Shown piece by piece: positions 51,814 through 63,970 of a stretch of DNA of 64,000 nt; position 1 is the stretch's first letter, and every line of letters begins with the position of its first letter. The DNA comes from Mustelus asterias (taxonomy: Eukaryota), in NCBI RefSeq assembly GCF_964213995.1, contig NC_135808.1, positions 20,398,001 through 20,462,000 on the forward strand. Reading direction: 5' to 3'. Position numbers and translations under genes: made by a program. The notes under the pieces were generated by a model that saw nothing but the letters and a program-made list of their open reading frames with translations, had not been told where the DNA came from and made no database searches.

Positions 51814-51847
51814 CTTGGCGTTGGCGTTAAGTATAATCTGCAATTAA
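51814..51847 (-). CDS. NCR3: Gene B cytoplasmic exon (VNCRLYLTPTPR)
   Basis: Very strong acceptor tcttctctctctatttttctcag, donor AG|gttagt, phase 1-2. Confidence 0.65.
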
Positions 51848-53345
51848 CTGAGAAAAATAGAGAGAGAAGATTAAACTAAATTTCAGGCATATATTGACAT
51901 TTTGAAACAGAAGTAGTTTTAACTAATCTTTATTTGGGTATTAGAAATAAGACATCGCTTTAGGTGAGGGTAACTTCATGTTTACTTGTCAGAACGGGTT
52001 AACATTTTATTTAGATTGATGTTTTAAAACAGTTGCTTGCATCCCTGTGGGGTTTGACTTCATTTGAAACAGTGCATGCCTTGTGATTCAATGCTTCACA
52101 ACGTGTAGCCGTTGCTGAGCAATCAGATACCACTTTAGGTTAGAAAGAATTTTTGAGTTTATTTTGAAGCTGGACGCAGTAGCAGTAGGGACTAGATAGC
52201 TGAGGTGGAAGCATCTGTCACAGAAACTGCCAAAAAAAAAGCAAGACAATGGAGTAAGGGCAGAAAGCATGTCCCAGAAACCAAAGAACAGAGATTTTTA
52301 GAAACCAGGGAATGAAAAGAAATGTCTCAGGAAGACTGAAATCATAGTGACAAAACAAACTACAATCTGAATAAGGCACTGAGCACTGAAATTAAAGAAA
52401 TTGACACAAAGGACAGTTTAAAATAAGCTGAAAGGTGTAGACCAGATGAAGTTAGCTAGCTCGAAGTCAGTTATCTGAAATAATTGTAAGGCTGGTGACC
52501 TTAGTACAGCCTATGAAACAGTGGTGCTGTGCTAACATGACTCAGTACCCGATTGTGTGGCAACTTGCATACAAGGCAGAGGAATGCTTAAAGACAGGAT
52601 TGAAATCCTGGAAATGGACCCGTGTCGAATCTAAGAGAAAGGCGTTGCTTGTGAGAAGAATCCAAGGTGTGTTTTGTCAAGAGCGGAGGTTGGACAGATT
52701 TCTTTGAGTTCCAGTAAGACTGATTAGCTCACAGTTCAATGAGCAAATCGAAGCATTTGGTAAGAAATCAACAGACATTGTATTGGATGGCGTTTGTCAT
52801 TTGGTTTAAGAATGGGATGCGTCTAACTGCAGTTGCTCTTTTGGTTTACAGAGACTGTGTACTTACCGAAAACAATATAGTATAAGGTATATTCCACAAC
52901 TGGTGTTATCCTTAAAAAATAGGTGAGATGCAGAAATATTATGGAACATTATGGTACAATAAAGCTTTTCAGGTTTAATGAATGTTTTATTCATTTGTAA
53001 ATTGCTCATTGGCATCTTGTGATTCTATGGCGTAGTGGTATTATCGCTGGACTTGCAATTCAGAAACCCATGGTAATGCTCTGGGGACGCGGTTTCTAAT
53101 CCCACCAGGGCAGATGGCAAAAAAAGAATTCAATAGATTTCTGGAATGAAAAGGCTAATGATGACCATGAAACCACTGTTAATTGTTTGAAAAAAATGTA
53201 CTTGGTTCATAAATAAACGCCGTTGTAATTGTTGGCTTATTTGCAACTTCAGATCCACAATGATGTGGGTGACTCTTAAAGGACAATACATGTCGCCCGC
53301 ATCCTGTGAAAGAATAGAAGAAAATGTGTGATTCAATGTCAGTAC

Positions 53346-53450
53346 CTTTAATGAGGCATCTCCTCCTGTACAGGACACTCCCAGAAAGAATCAATCCAAT
53401 GATTATCACTGTTCTGATACACCAAAGGGTAGTCGTGGCAGTCAGTCGAT
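53346..53450 (-). CDS. NCR3: Gene B TM exon with charged Arg
   Basis: Acceptor acccttcttag, donor AAAG|gtactg, 105 bp, phase 1-1. Reads HRLTATTTLWCIRTVIIIGLILSGSVLYRRRCLIK; TLWxxR is shared with gene A. Confidence 0.82.
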
Positions 53451-54979
53451 CTAAGAAGGGTTGAACATATATATTTATCTGTATTTTCGCTGTACTGTTC
53501 CAATATTTCTGTAACTAATGAATATCCACTATCTCTACAGAAAACAAAACACAAACAGCAATGCAGTTTGTGCAACTAATTTTGACACTAAACTTGGAAA
53601 GTTTCTATCAATTTGTGAGTTACTATTAATTGTGGTTTTGTTTAGGATTCATGATGTTTTGGGGGAAATTATTGGAAACATAAGGATACACTACGTGCTT
53701 AAACGGACCAAATTAAGCAGGGAAATGTGTGTCGGCGCAGCTGTTATCTTGGCCCTAAACCGTTAAGCTGGAGCCCTTACATTAGGGGGTGGCACGGTGG
53801 CACAGTGGTTAGCACTGCTGCCTCACAGCGCCAGGGACCTGGGTTTGATTCCCGGCTTGGGTCACTGTCTGTGTGGGGTCTGCACATTCCCGCTGTGTCT
53901 GCGTGGATTTCCTCCAGGTGCTCCGGCCTCCTTCCACAGTCTGAAAGACGTGCTGGTTAGGTGCATTCACCCAAGAAGGTGCCGGAGTGTGGCGACTCGG
54001 GGAATTTCACAGAAACTTCACTGGCGTTAATGTAAGCCTTACTTGTGACTAATAAATAAACTTCTAATTTGATTCAAAGTCTGGCTGCAGCGATACTCAG
54101 TACGCACGACACGAAAAGCCCATACTAATGGGCAGCACATTGCACGAACGAGTTTCTGCTATGTGCACGTATGTGGCTTCCCTACACAACAGCAATGACT
54201 GCATTTCAAAGTACCACATTTGGTGGCAAACCTTTTGAGCCTTTTGGGAGGAATGTGGTGAGGTTAGATAAGGATCATGTTTGCTCCATTTAATTCGCCA
54301 AGTCAGTAATCAATTTTAGTTCACCGTCATTATTTGCAACGAACAGGGTTTTTGTCATTCCAATGCATTTCCTGGCATTGCACTATTATGGGGAAGCAGT
54401 CGGGTAGTCGCAAAATCAGAGTCCAATCTTCCGTGGCGGGGGGCGGGGGGGGGGGGGGGGGGTGGGGGTGGGGGTGGGGGGTGCGGGGGCGGGGGGGAGG
54501 GGGGGGCGGGGAGCCGGGGGGCGGCAGGGTGTCAAATCTCACCAGGGCAGAACCTGGAATTTAATTTCAATTCATAACAGCTGGAAAGACAATTTCGCCT
54601 GAATTACATGGACCATGAGACTGTCATCGATTGTTATAAAAATGCACCTGGTTCACCACTGCCCTTTGTCGAAAGAGATCTGTTGTGTTTATACATACAT
54701 TATCTCGAGGTACTTGTACTGTTACATGTTATTTTTAATGACTTGTCAATTTGGAAACAATCTGGGCCCAGAGTGTTCTTCCACATGGTATCATCAAAAA
54801 TGTGGAATACCTCTGCGTTCCCATGGTGCCAATTTGCTGGCAGATTTGTCGCAGCGTCATGTCTTATTTGTCGTGTGTTCTTTTCCTTTTTACATGAATA
54901 AATATTCCTTATTAATTGCTCACAGAAAGACAGAAGAATTCCTCCCTGGTCCACATACTTTTCTCAAAGTATACCAGAT

Positions 54980-57270
54980 TAGTGTTGAACCTGCAGGGGC
55001 CCTGGCAGACATATTTAAAATGTCAGTATTCACGGGGGAGGTGCCGGATGATTGGAGGGTGGCTCATGTTGTTCCGTTGTTTAAAAAAGGTTCCAAAAGA
55101 AATCCGGGAAATTTGACGTCGGTGGTGGGCAAGTTATTGGAAGGTGTGATAAGGGATAGGATCTACAAATATTTGGATAGACAGGCACTTATTAGGGAGA
55201 GTCAACATGGCTTTGTGCGTGGTAGGTCATGTTTGACCAATCTATTAGAGTTTTTGGAGGAGGTTACCAGGAATGTGGATGAAGGGAAGGCAGTGGATGT
55301 TGTCTAACTGGATTTCAGCAAGGCCTTTGACAAGGTCCCTCAGGGGAGGTTAGATGGAAGGTTCAGTCTCTAGGTATACTTGGGGAGGTAGTAAATTGGA
55401 TTAGACACTGGTTCAATGGAAGAACATCGACACAGATGCCATAATCTCACGTGAGAACACCATCCACCAGGTACACGGTACATACTCTTGCAACTCGGCC
55501 AACGTTGTCTACCTGATACGCTGCAAGAAAGGATGTCCCGAGGCATGGTACATTGGGGAAACTATGCAGACGCTGCGACAACGGATGAATGAACACCACT
55601 CGACAATCACCAGGCAAGACTGTTCTCTTCCTGTTGGGGAGCACTTCAGCGGTCACGGGCATTCGGCCTCTGATATTCGGGTAAGCGTTCTCCAAGGCGG
55701 CCTTCGCGACACACGACAGCGCAGAGTCGCGGAGCAGAAACTGATAGCCAGGTTCCGCACACACAAGGACGGCCTCAACCGGGATATTGGGTTTATGTCA
55801 CACTATTTCACATAAATATTTCTGCTTTTTTCCTCCTGAGTCTTTATCATGCGATCCTAGAATCAGAATTTATGTCACACTATTTGTAACTCCCACAGTT
55901 GCGTGGACCTGCAGAGTTTCACTGGCTGTCTTGTCTGGAGACAATACACATCTTTTTAACCTGTCTTGATGCTCTCTCCACTCCCATTGTTTTGTTTCTT
56001 AAAGACTGGATTAGTTGTAAGTATTCGCATTCCAACCATTATTCATGTAAATTGAGTCTGTGTCTTATAAGTTCTGTTTGTGAACAGAATTCCCACTCAC
56101 CTGAAGAAGGGGCTCAGAGCCTCGAAAGCTTGTGTGGCTTTTGCTACCAAATAAACCTGTTGGACTTTAACCTGGTGTTGTTAAACTTCTTACTCAATGG
56201 AAGAAGCCAGAGAGTGGTTGTGGAGGATTGCTTCTCTGAGTGGAGGCCTGTGACTAGTGGTGTGCCGCAGGGATCGGTGTTGGGTCCATTGTTGTTTGTC
56301 ATCTATATCAATGATCTGGATGATAATGTGGTAAATTGGATCAGCAAGTTTGCTGATGATACAAAGATTGGAGGTGTAGTGGACAGTGAAGAAGGTTTTC
56401 AAAGCTTGCAGAGGGATTTGGACCAACTAGAAAAATGGGCTGAAAAATGGCAAATGGAATTTAACGCAGGCAAGTGTGAGATATTGCACATTGGAAGGAC
56501 AAACCAAAGTAGAACGTACAGGGTAAATGGTAGAACTCTGAAGAGTGCAATTGAACAAAGGGATCTGGGAATACAGGTACAGGGTTCCCTAAAAGTGACG
56601 TCACAGGTGGATAGGGTCGTAAAGAGTGCCTTTGGTACATTGGCCTTTATAAATCGGAGTATCGAGTATAAAAGTTGGAGTGTTATGGTAAGGTTATATA
56701 AGGCATTGGTGAGGCCGAATTTGGAGTATTGTGTACAGTTTTGGTCACCTAGCTGCAGGAAGGATGTAAATAAGGTTGAAAGAGTGCAGAGAAGGTTCAC
56801 AAGGATGTTGTCGGGACTTGAGAAGCTGAGTTGCAGAGAGAGATTGAATAGGTTGGGACTTTATTCCCTGGAGCGTAGAAGATTGAGGGGAGATTTGATA
56901 GAGGTGTATAAGATTTTGATGGGTATAGATAGAGTGAATGCAAGCAGGCTTTTTCCGCTGAGGCTAGGGGAGAAAAAACCAGAGGGCATAGGTTAAGGGT
57001 GAAAGGAGAAAAGTTTAAAGGGAATATTAGCGGGGGCTTCTTCACGCAGAGAGTGGTGGGAGTGTGGAATGAGCTGCCGGATAAAGTGGTAAATGCGAGG
57101 TCACTTTTAACATTTAAGAAAAACGTGGACGGGTTCATGGATGAGAGGGGTGTGGAGGGATATGGTCCAAGTGCAGATCAGTGGGACTAGGCAAAAAATG
57201 GTTCGGCACAGACAAGAAGGGTCAAAAGGCCTGTTTCTGAGCTGTAATTTTCTATGGTTTCTATGGTTCT
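54980..57270 (+). mobile_element. CR1 RT and 3' region in a gene B intron (host of the PLE insertion)
   Basis: [17 protein letters not shown]...HGFVRGRSCLTNL...[11 protein letters not shown]...KFADDTK. Confidence 0.93.
55425..56193 (+). mobile_element. 5'-truncated PLE (GIY-YIG endonuclease end plus HHR) inserted in a CR1
   Basis: Reads CNSANVVYLIRCKKGCPEAWYIGETMQTLRQRMNEH...VGEHF...FRTHKDGLNRD. HHR at 56098-56134. 12-bp TSD TCAATGGAAGAA (55413-24 and 56194-205). Confidence 0.92.
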
Positions 57271-57364
57271 ATTAAAAATCTACACTACTAAGAACCAGTG
57301 TTAGAGTCTGGCTTTTGAGATAATCTTACATTAAAAACAGTTTGTTTCTTAACATAATAAAAAC

Positions 57365-58070
57365 AAGTATCCCATATGCCTTCTTAACCACCTTATCTAT
57401 CTGTCCTGTTGCCTTCGGGACCGTTGGACATGCATTCCAATCTTCCTCTGGTCCTCTGTACTTCCTAGCGTCCTACCACTCATTGTATATTCCATTGCCT
57501 TGTTAGTCATCCCAAAATTCATCACCTCATATTTTTCAGGGTTAAGTTCCATTTGCTACCGTTCTAACACCTGGCCAGCTCATCTATATCTCAGGGTTTT
57601 TCTCCCTCACTTTTTACCAAATCGGCATTTTTTGTGTTATCTGCTAATTCACTGATCATATCTCCCGCATTCTCAGTTAGGTCATTGATGTACACTATAA
57701 GCTGCAAGGAACACAGCATTGGTCCCTGTGCTACGCTACTGGGCACAGGCTTCAAGTCACAAAAGCAACCTTCGATCAACACCCTCTCCCTCCTGCTACT
57801 AAGCTAATTCTAAATTCACCTTACCAAATTGTCCTGTATCTCATGGGCTCTTACAGCTTTAATCAGTCTCAGGCATTGTCAAAAGCCTTACTGTAGTCTA
57901 AGTAGACTACATCAACAACGCTGCCCTCATCTACGCACCTAGTAACTTCACCGAAATATTCAATCAGTTTTATTTAGAAATGATATCCGCTTGACAACGC
58001 TACGCTGAATATCCCTGATTAATCCTTCCCCCTCCAGATCGATTCTGTCCTTTAGACTTTTTTCCAATAA
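57365..58070 (-). mobile_element. Old CR1 RT fragment
   Basis: Degenerate SSVAQGPML...VYINDL...ELADNTK. Confidence 0.75.
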
Positions 58071-59139
58071 CTTCCTATCCCGGCTGATGGATATTTAGAA
58101 AGAAAAGGCGCTTATTATTTAATCGGCCAATCTTCTAACCAGTCAAACAATGAGCTCCAACACGCTACCTACTTGCCGAAGCTACTTGCATGTGTTCTAT
58201 ACTCTGCCTTTACTGCCGTGATCGTTAACTTTTCCTTGTCGTTCATTAAATCTGTAAATAGTTCTGCCGAGCTGCTGTGGCTCTTTCCTCCATATTAGTG
58301 AAATACCGGCCGTCTAGAGCGAAGCGGTTGGCTTGATGAGCGCCTCCTCCACCACCTTCAACATTCACTCCCTCCACCACCGGCGCACTGTGGTCGCGAT
58401 GTGCACCATGCACCTTCTAAACCTACCGCATCAACCACCTAAAAGGACGAGAGCAAAGATGCAAGTTGAACACCACCACATTAAAGTTCCGCTCCAAGTC
58501 ACACACTATGCTGACTTGAAACCAAATAGCCATGTGCCGATGGATCAAAATCCTGTAACTCCATTCCTAACAGCACTGTGGGTGTACCTACCTCACATTG
58601 ACTGCAACGGCTGCGCAAGGCGGCTCACGCTCAAAAAAGAGATAGCGGTAGACTTGGCGCAAAACAGGCGTTAATAGAGCCGCCCGTTGAAATGAGCGTT
58701 AGGTATTTAGTTCCATTTGATTGCAATGGAACTGAATACTGGATACTAGGGATAATAGAGCCAACTCCACCAATTAGTGCGTTCGCCACAGGCAAACTTC
58801 CGCACTCACCTAATTCTTCCTGGTGCAAGAGTTTACAGATATTGAACTGAACGCTCAGTTTACTCCCCTTTGCTACCACAAGCTACATTCTGTTAAAGTC
58901 CAATCTTCGAATCAGGACATTACCATCGCTTACTTTGTCCTCTGTTCAATCTTTTAATCTTTCTTTGTCCGATGTTCAGACAGTCCCGGACAGGACTTGA
59001 CATGTCAAATAGCTTCAGCATTTAAAAAGCCCATAAAGACATTCAATGCTGGGATGCGGGGTGTTTGGTGTAATTATACATGTTCCTGTGATTGGATTAT
59101 TTACTTACTTAGAAATTGGAACTAGCAAGCAGTACTCAC

Positions 59140-59478
59140 GTGTAACTGTAAGTTTTGTCCCTGGTCCACAAGCTGCCCCGTATCTCACATATTTCACTTT
59201 GCAATAGTAGGTTCCTGAGTCGTGCACTTTGGTATCCGTAATTTTCAGCGAAGCGTCGTTCCTTGCTCGGAAGGCGATCCTGCCCGCTAGAAATACACGT
59301 CCGCTATATTGTCTTGTTTTGTTGGACACCTCGGTGCCGTTTTGGATGTTTAGGTGCCACGTGTAGGAGGCTATGAGTGTTGGACCAAGGCAAGTGCAAT
59401 GTAGATCCACAGTTTCGCCTTCAAATGCAGTAATCCAGGGTGGGCTCTGGATCACTGTGATGTTCCCAAACGTTAATC
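59140..59478 (-). CDS. NCR3: NKp30/NCR3-like gene B, single-exon VJ-type IgV domain
   Basis: Acceptor tttcataacag, donor C|gtgagt, 339 bp, phase 1-1. Reads NITVIQSPPWITAFEGETVDLHCTC...SYTW...GTEVSNKTRQYSGRVF...DSGTYYCKVKYVRYGAACGPGTKLTVT and is clearly paralogous to the gene A V exon. Confidence 0.92.
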
Positions 59479-60539
59479 CTGTTATGAAATAGAAGATATC
59501 CAACATGAACAAATCCGCCAATGATAAAACTCCAAAATAAAGACAGGAATATGGGAAGCGCAGTCCAAAAAATTAGCATTCCCTTGCTCCACCACCGAAG
59601 CACAGTGCCAGCCGTGTGTACCACCTACATGATGCACTGAAGTCGGTGGCAGGGCAAGGCGGTCGGTCACCAATGGACCATCATTTATACCTCCCTGCTG
59701 ATGTTCAGTCCAATGACCTTAATCTGTTAAAAAAAATTGCATATAACCTGCGGCTTTGCGCTCGGAGCCATTACAACTTGCTATTTTGAAGTCAGTAAAC
59801 AACAAAAACAAACATGTAGTTCAACATTTTAAGCGGAATTCTTCATCCAAAAAACATCAAAATAAGGTGGATGCCACTTTGGACCGAGATGAGGGGGAAT
59901 TTCTTTACACAGATGTTTGTGACAGTTTGGAATCCCTTACCCCAGAAAGCTGTGGAAGCTCGGTCATTGAGTATGTTTAAAGCTCGAATTATGAGAAACG
60001 TGAAGCTTCGACTCGGGTAATCATGGTCAGAAATTCCTGAAAAATGTTTCTCAATAACGTGTGACCTTGCATTGAACTGCACCAAAATTGCAGATGGCTC
60101 CTTCAGGGATCAGTACTCAACGCATTACTACTTTCTAACGTACGCAAAGGAGATCCTTTGATATAATTGTGTTAAAAATCAATTTCAAATATTGCAGAGC
60201 AATATATCATCCCAGCACACTAGTCGCCCTGCATTGGAAGATCCATCAAAACATCTTGGGGTTATTTTTCACCAGAAGTTGAACTTGATTAGCCATACAA
60301 ATGCCATGACTACAGAGGAGGTGGTAGAGGCGGGTACAATCACATTTAAAATATATCTGGACAGGTACACGGATGGGAAAGTTTTGAGGGATATGGGCCA
60401 AACGCAAGTAAATGGGACTTGTTCAGTTTACGAAACCGCCAGTTTAGGACAAGTTGGGCCGAAGGGTCTGTTTTTGTGCTGACTATCTCTATGATTCTCA
60501 CTGACTCCAAATAGATCAAGGACTGGTAAATTTGCCACG

Positions 60540-61050
60540 TGTAACTACTCGCCATCTGTGAGGAGTGTAATGGAATAGCCACCACTTGTCTGGAGGAGAG
60601 CAGCTCCAACAACGCTTAAGAAGCTCAACTGCATCCAAGGTATGGCCCACGATATTTTTGGCACCCCATCCACCACCTTTCGCATTCGCTCCCTCCGCCA
60701 CCGATGCATAATACCAGCCATGCGCATCATCCACATGATGCACTGCAGTAACTCACTAAACCTCCTTATTACGGTCTTCCAATCCCGAGATGAGTACCGC
60801 CCGGAACAAGGGCAGTAGATTCATGGCAACACCACCACCTATATGTTCGCAAACAAGCCACTCATCATCCTGGCTCAAATATCGCAGTTATTTCACTAGG
60901 GATGGGTGAAAATACAGGACCTCCCTCCCTAAACAGCACTGTCGGTGTATCTGCACCAGATGGTTTCCAATGGTTCGCTGAGGTAGCTCACCATTCCTTC
61001 CATCCTTGGGCAATTAGGGATGGGGAATAAATGCTCATATCCCGTGAAAA
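60540..61050 (+). mobile_element. L2-like LINE 3' fragment (also about 300-530 -, 24430-24745, 58325-58630, 61700-62150)
   Basis: cagctccaacaac.ct.aagaagctc.ac..catcca...cattcactccctccaccacc...ggcaattagggatggg.aataaatgct. Confidence 0.7.
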
Positions 61051-61174
61051 AAATAAAACAAAACTATAATTTATCACCCTTTCCAGAATAAATGAATCTT
61101 CCCACGTTTATCTTGCATGAATTACTCCCAGCAAGCTACTTGCTAAGTGTATTATAAATAGTTAAACATTTTAC

Positions 61175-61217
61175 CAGAAAGAAGAACTGCCGCACAGATC
61201 GTTATCTTCGGATTCAT
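61175..61217 (-). CDS. NCR3: NKp30/NCR3-like gene B, leader exon (MNPKITICAAVLLS)
   Basis: Acceptor ttcgctttcttgcgaaag (exon starts 61244) and phase-1 donor G|gtaaaa. It completes the signal peptide MNPKITICAAVLLSGLTFG. An in-frame upstream ATG at 61238 would add MWRRRIE. Confidence 0.78.
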
Positions 61218-62357
61218 TTCTATCCGGCGACGCCACATAATGGACTTTCGCAAGAAAGCGAACAGAGAAAACAAACAGGTTTTTTTTTCGTGGTAAGTAT
61301 ACTCCGGGCCAGGATGTGATGCAATGGAAGAAGTTGCTGAACACTTTCTCGCTGTCTATTTTGGTAGAGTTGGCTTTTCAATTCTATCCCTTTCGGCTGT
61401 GCTCACTATTTTTGCATGTCTGTCTGTACTGGGCTGTACCTGTTCATTTTTGTTTGCCTTCCTGAGAACAAAAAATACAGTGTGCCGGAATTTCAAAACA
61501 CAAACAGGAATTGTTGGGAGCACTCACCCAGTCAGGTTGGAATTCATGGAGAAACCAGACACCTTCAGGATTTCAATGTAGGCTCCCTTCAAATGCTCCC
61601 TGCATGTCTCCATATCCCTGTTAGCAGACATAGCGGCCATTGAACTGTTTCCTGACTCACCACGAGGCACCATTTAGAAATGTCATTAATCTTGGTGAGT
61701 GCAGCAATTTAGAAATCTGATCAATCTCATTCGCTGACACTCAAGGAGTTGGAAAACATCCACGACAAAGCGCCCTGCTTCACTGGGAATCAATTCCTCA
61801 CTTTAAACGTGGCAGCAGTGTGTATCAACCGCAAGATACACTGCAGCAATTCATGGAGCGTTCTTTGACAAGAATTACCAAATCCGCAATTGTCACCACT
61901 GAGAAGAGCAAAGGACAATAGGCAAATGAGATCAGCAAACACACTCAAGTTTAATCCCAAATGACCCAACACCCTGACTTGAAAATATATCATAATTCTT
62001 TCATTGGCACTGATCAAAATATAGAATATCCTTCTCTATATCCATTGTCGTTTTATCTACAACATACACACTGCACGCTTCAAGACGACGTTCCATATTC
62101 AACTTCACAAGGACAGTTAGAGCTGGATAATAAAGTCTGGCCTTCCAGCGATTCAGATTTGCCTTGATTGGCTGAATATTAAGAAAAATAAACAAATAAA
62201 TAAAATAGTATTTTGGATTATAATTAATGTGACATTGCACTGAAGGTTTTTTTCGTGATTCGTGTTATCCCCTCTCCATTGCCATATTTCTCCGCAGGTA
62301 AACCGAAGGTGTGGTAGAAGCAGATTCACGATTATGAATAAGCTTTCTGAAGTCTTC

Positions 62358-63205
62358 GAGTCATAGAGGTTTACAGCATGGAAACAGGCCCTCCGGCCCA
62401 ACTTGTCCATGCCGCCCTTTTTTTTAAACCCCTAAGCTAATCCCAATTGCCCATATCTCTCTATACCCATCGTACCCATGTAACTATCTAAATGCTTTTT
62501 AAAAGTCAAAATTGTACCAGCCTCTACTACTATCTCTGGCAGCTTGTTCCAGACACTCACCACCCTCTGTGTGAAAAGAATTGTCCCTCTGGACACTTTT
62601 GTATCTCTCCCCTCTGTCCTTAAACCTATGTGCTCTAGTTTTAGATTCCCCTACCTTTTGGAAAAGATAATGACTATCTATCTGATCTATGCCCCTCATT
62701 ATTTTATAGACCTCTATAAGATCACCTCTCAGCCTCTTACGCTCCAGAGAAAAAAGTCCCAGTCTATCCAACCCCCCTTTATACTCAATCCATCAAGTCC
62801 CGGTAGCATCCTAGTAAATCTTTTCTGCACTCTTTCTAGTTTAATAATATCCTTTCTATAATAGGGTGACCAGAATTGCACATAGTATTCCAAGTGTGGC
62901 CTTACCAATGTCTTGTACAACTTCAACAAGACATTCCAACTCCTGTATTTAATGTTCTGACCGATGAACCCAAGCATGCCAAATGCCTTCTTCGCCATTC
63001 TGTCCACCTGTGACTCCACTTTCAAGGAGCTATGAACATGTACCCCGAGATCTCTTTGTTCTGTTACTCTCCCCAACGCCCTACCATTAACTGAGTAAGT
63101 CCTGCCCTGGTTCAATCTACCAAAATGCATCACTTTGCATTTGTCTAAATTAAACTCCATCTGCCATTCGTCAGCCCACTGGCCCAATTGATCAAGATCC
63201 GTTGC
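62358..63205 (-). mobile_element. CR1 3' fragment
   Basis: WADEWQMEFNLDKC...RPHLEY...RLRGDLIEVYK. Confidence 0.92.
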
Positions 63206-63832
63206 AATTGGTCTTGCTGTCAGTCTGCTTCCAGCATTGTCTCTTTACTGGGGTTTCTCTGAAATATTTGTTCCTCGCGTTAATCGCAATGCATATATTC
63301 TGGACATTAGGGTTTCTTGCACCTTTGGCGATTTGCATTTTATTGCCATAAAAATTGAACAGAAACAGCCAATGGTGATACCCTGTATGCTTTAGTTGAA
63401 GTAATGAGGGATGTATCGACTGCCATATCTGGAGGCAACGGCGACTTTAATAATTTCTGGAGAAGAGGCGAATCTAAAGTTTAAAGTTTTTATTTTTGTG
63501 TCACAAGTAGGTTCACATTAACACTGCAACTAAGTTTCTGTGAAAATTTGCTGGTCACTGATGGAGAAATCAGCATGGCCAATACACCTAACCAGCACAT
63601 CTTTCAGACTGTGGGAGGAAACTGAAGCACCCGGAGGAAACCCACGCAGACACGGGGAAAACGAGCAGACTCTGCACAGACAGTGACCCAAGCTGTGAAT
63701 CAAACCCGGGTCCCTGCAGCTGTGAAGCAACAGCGCCCATCACTGTGCTACCATGCCATCCTCCATCTAATGTGATCTAATCCACTGTGGTTCTTACATT
63801 AAACCTAAAATAACAACATGAAAACCCTTTAC

Positions 63833-63970
63833 CTTTCTTCGAGCTAGTTCAACGATCAATGGAGTTCCAAATCAAGTTTCAGTTCTGCATACGTTTGGCA
63901 GTTTAAGTGAACTACGTTTCGGTTCTGTGATCCGATTGGTTCCTTACGTGGTAGCAGTGCTGCTTCCTGC
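63833..63970 (-). promoter_or_regulatory. Possible promoter and 5' non-coding exon of gene B
   Basis: Unique sequence with CCAAT and AGGAAG (ETS-like) motifs on the minus strand, ending in donor AAG|gtaaag. The leader exon has an acceptor, so an upstream exon is expected. Confidence 0.3.

Noticed and set aside
54430-54530. Poly-G/Pro-rich ORFs (also near 1575-1620, 43370-43400 and 47580-47625)
   Set aside because: Low-complexity homopolymer tracts of uncertain assembly length with no coding context.
55899-56996. 365-aa ORF as a novel fusion protein
   Set aside because: It is a chance read-through from the non-coding PLE tail into a truncated CR1 RT frame.
58244-58313. Minus-strand terminal exon ending NYLQI* in the gene B intron
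   Set aside because: The acceptor lies at the edge of an L2 fragment and the segment precedes the TM exon, so a cytoplasmic motif makes no sense here. No other support.
13419-63730. Many 60-130 aa ORFs of the type MAQWLALLPHSARD.../MVSTAASQ...
   Set aside because: These are spurious translations of HE1 SINE copies or antisense frames of CR1.
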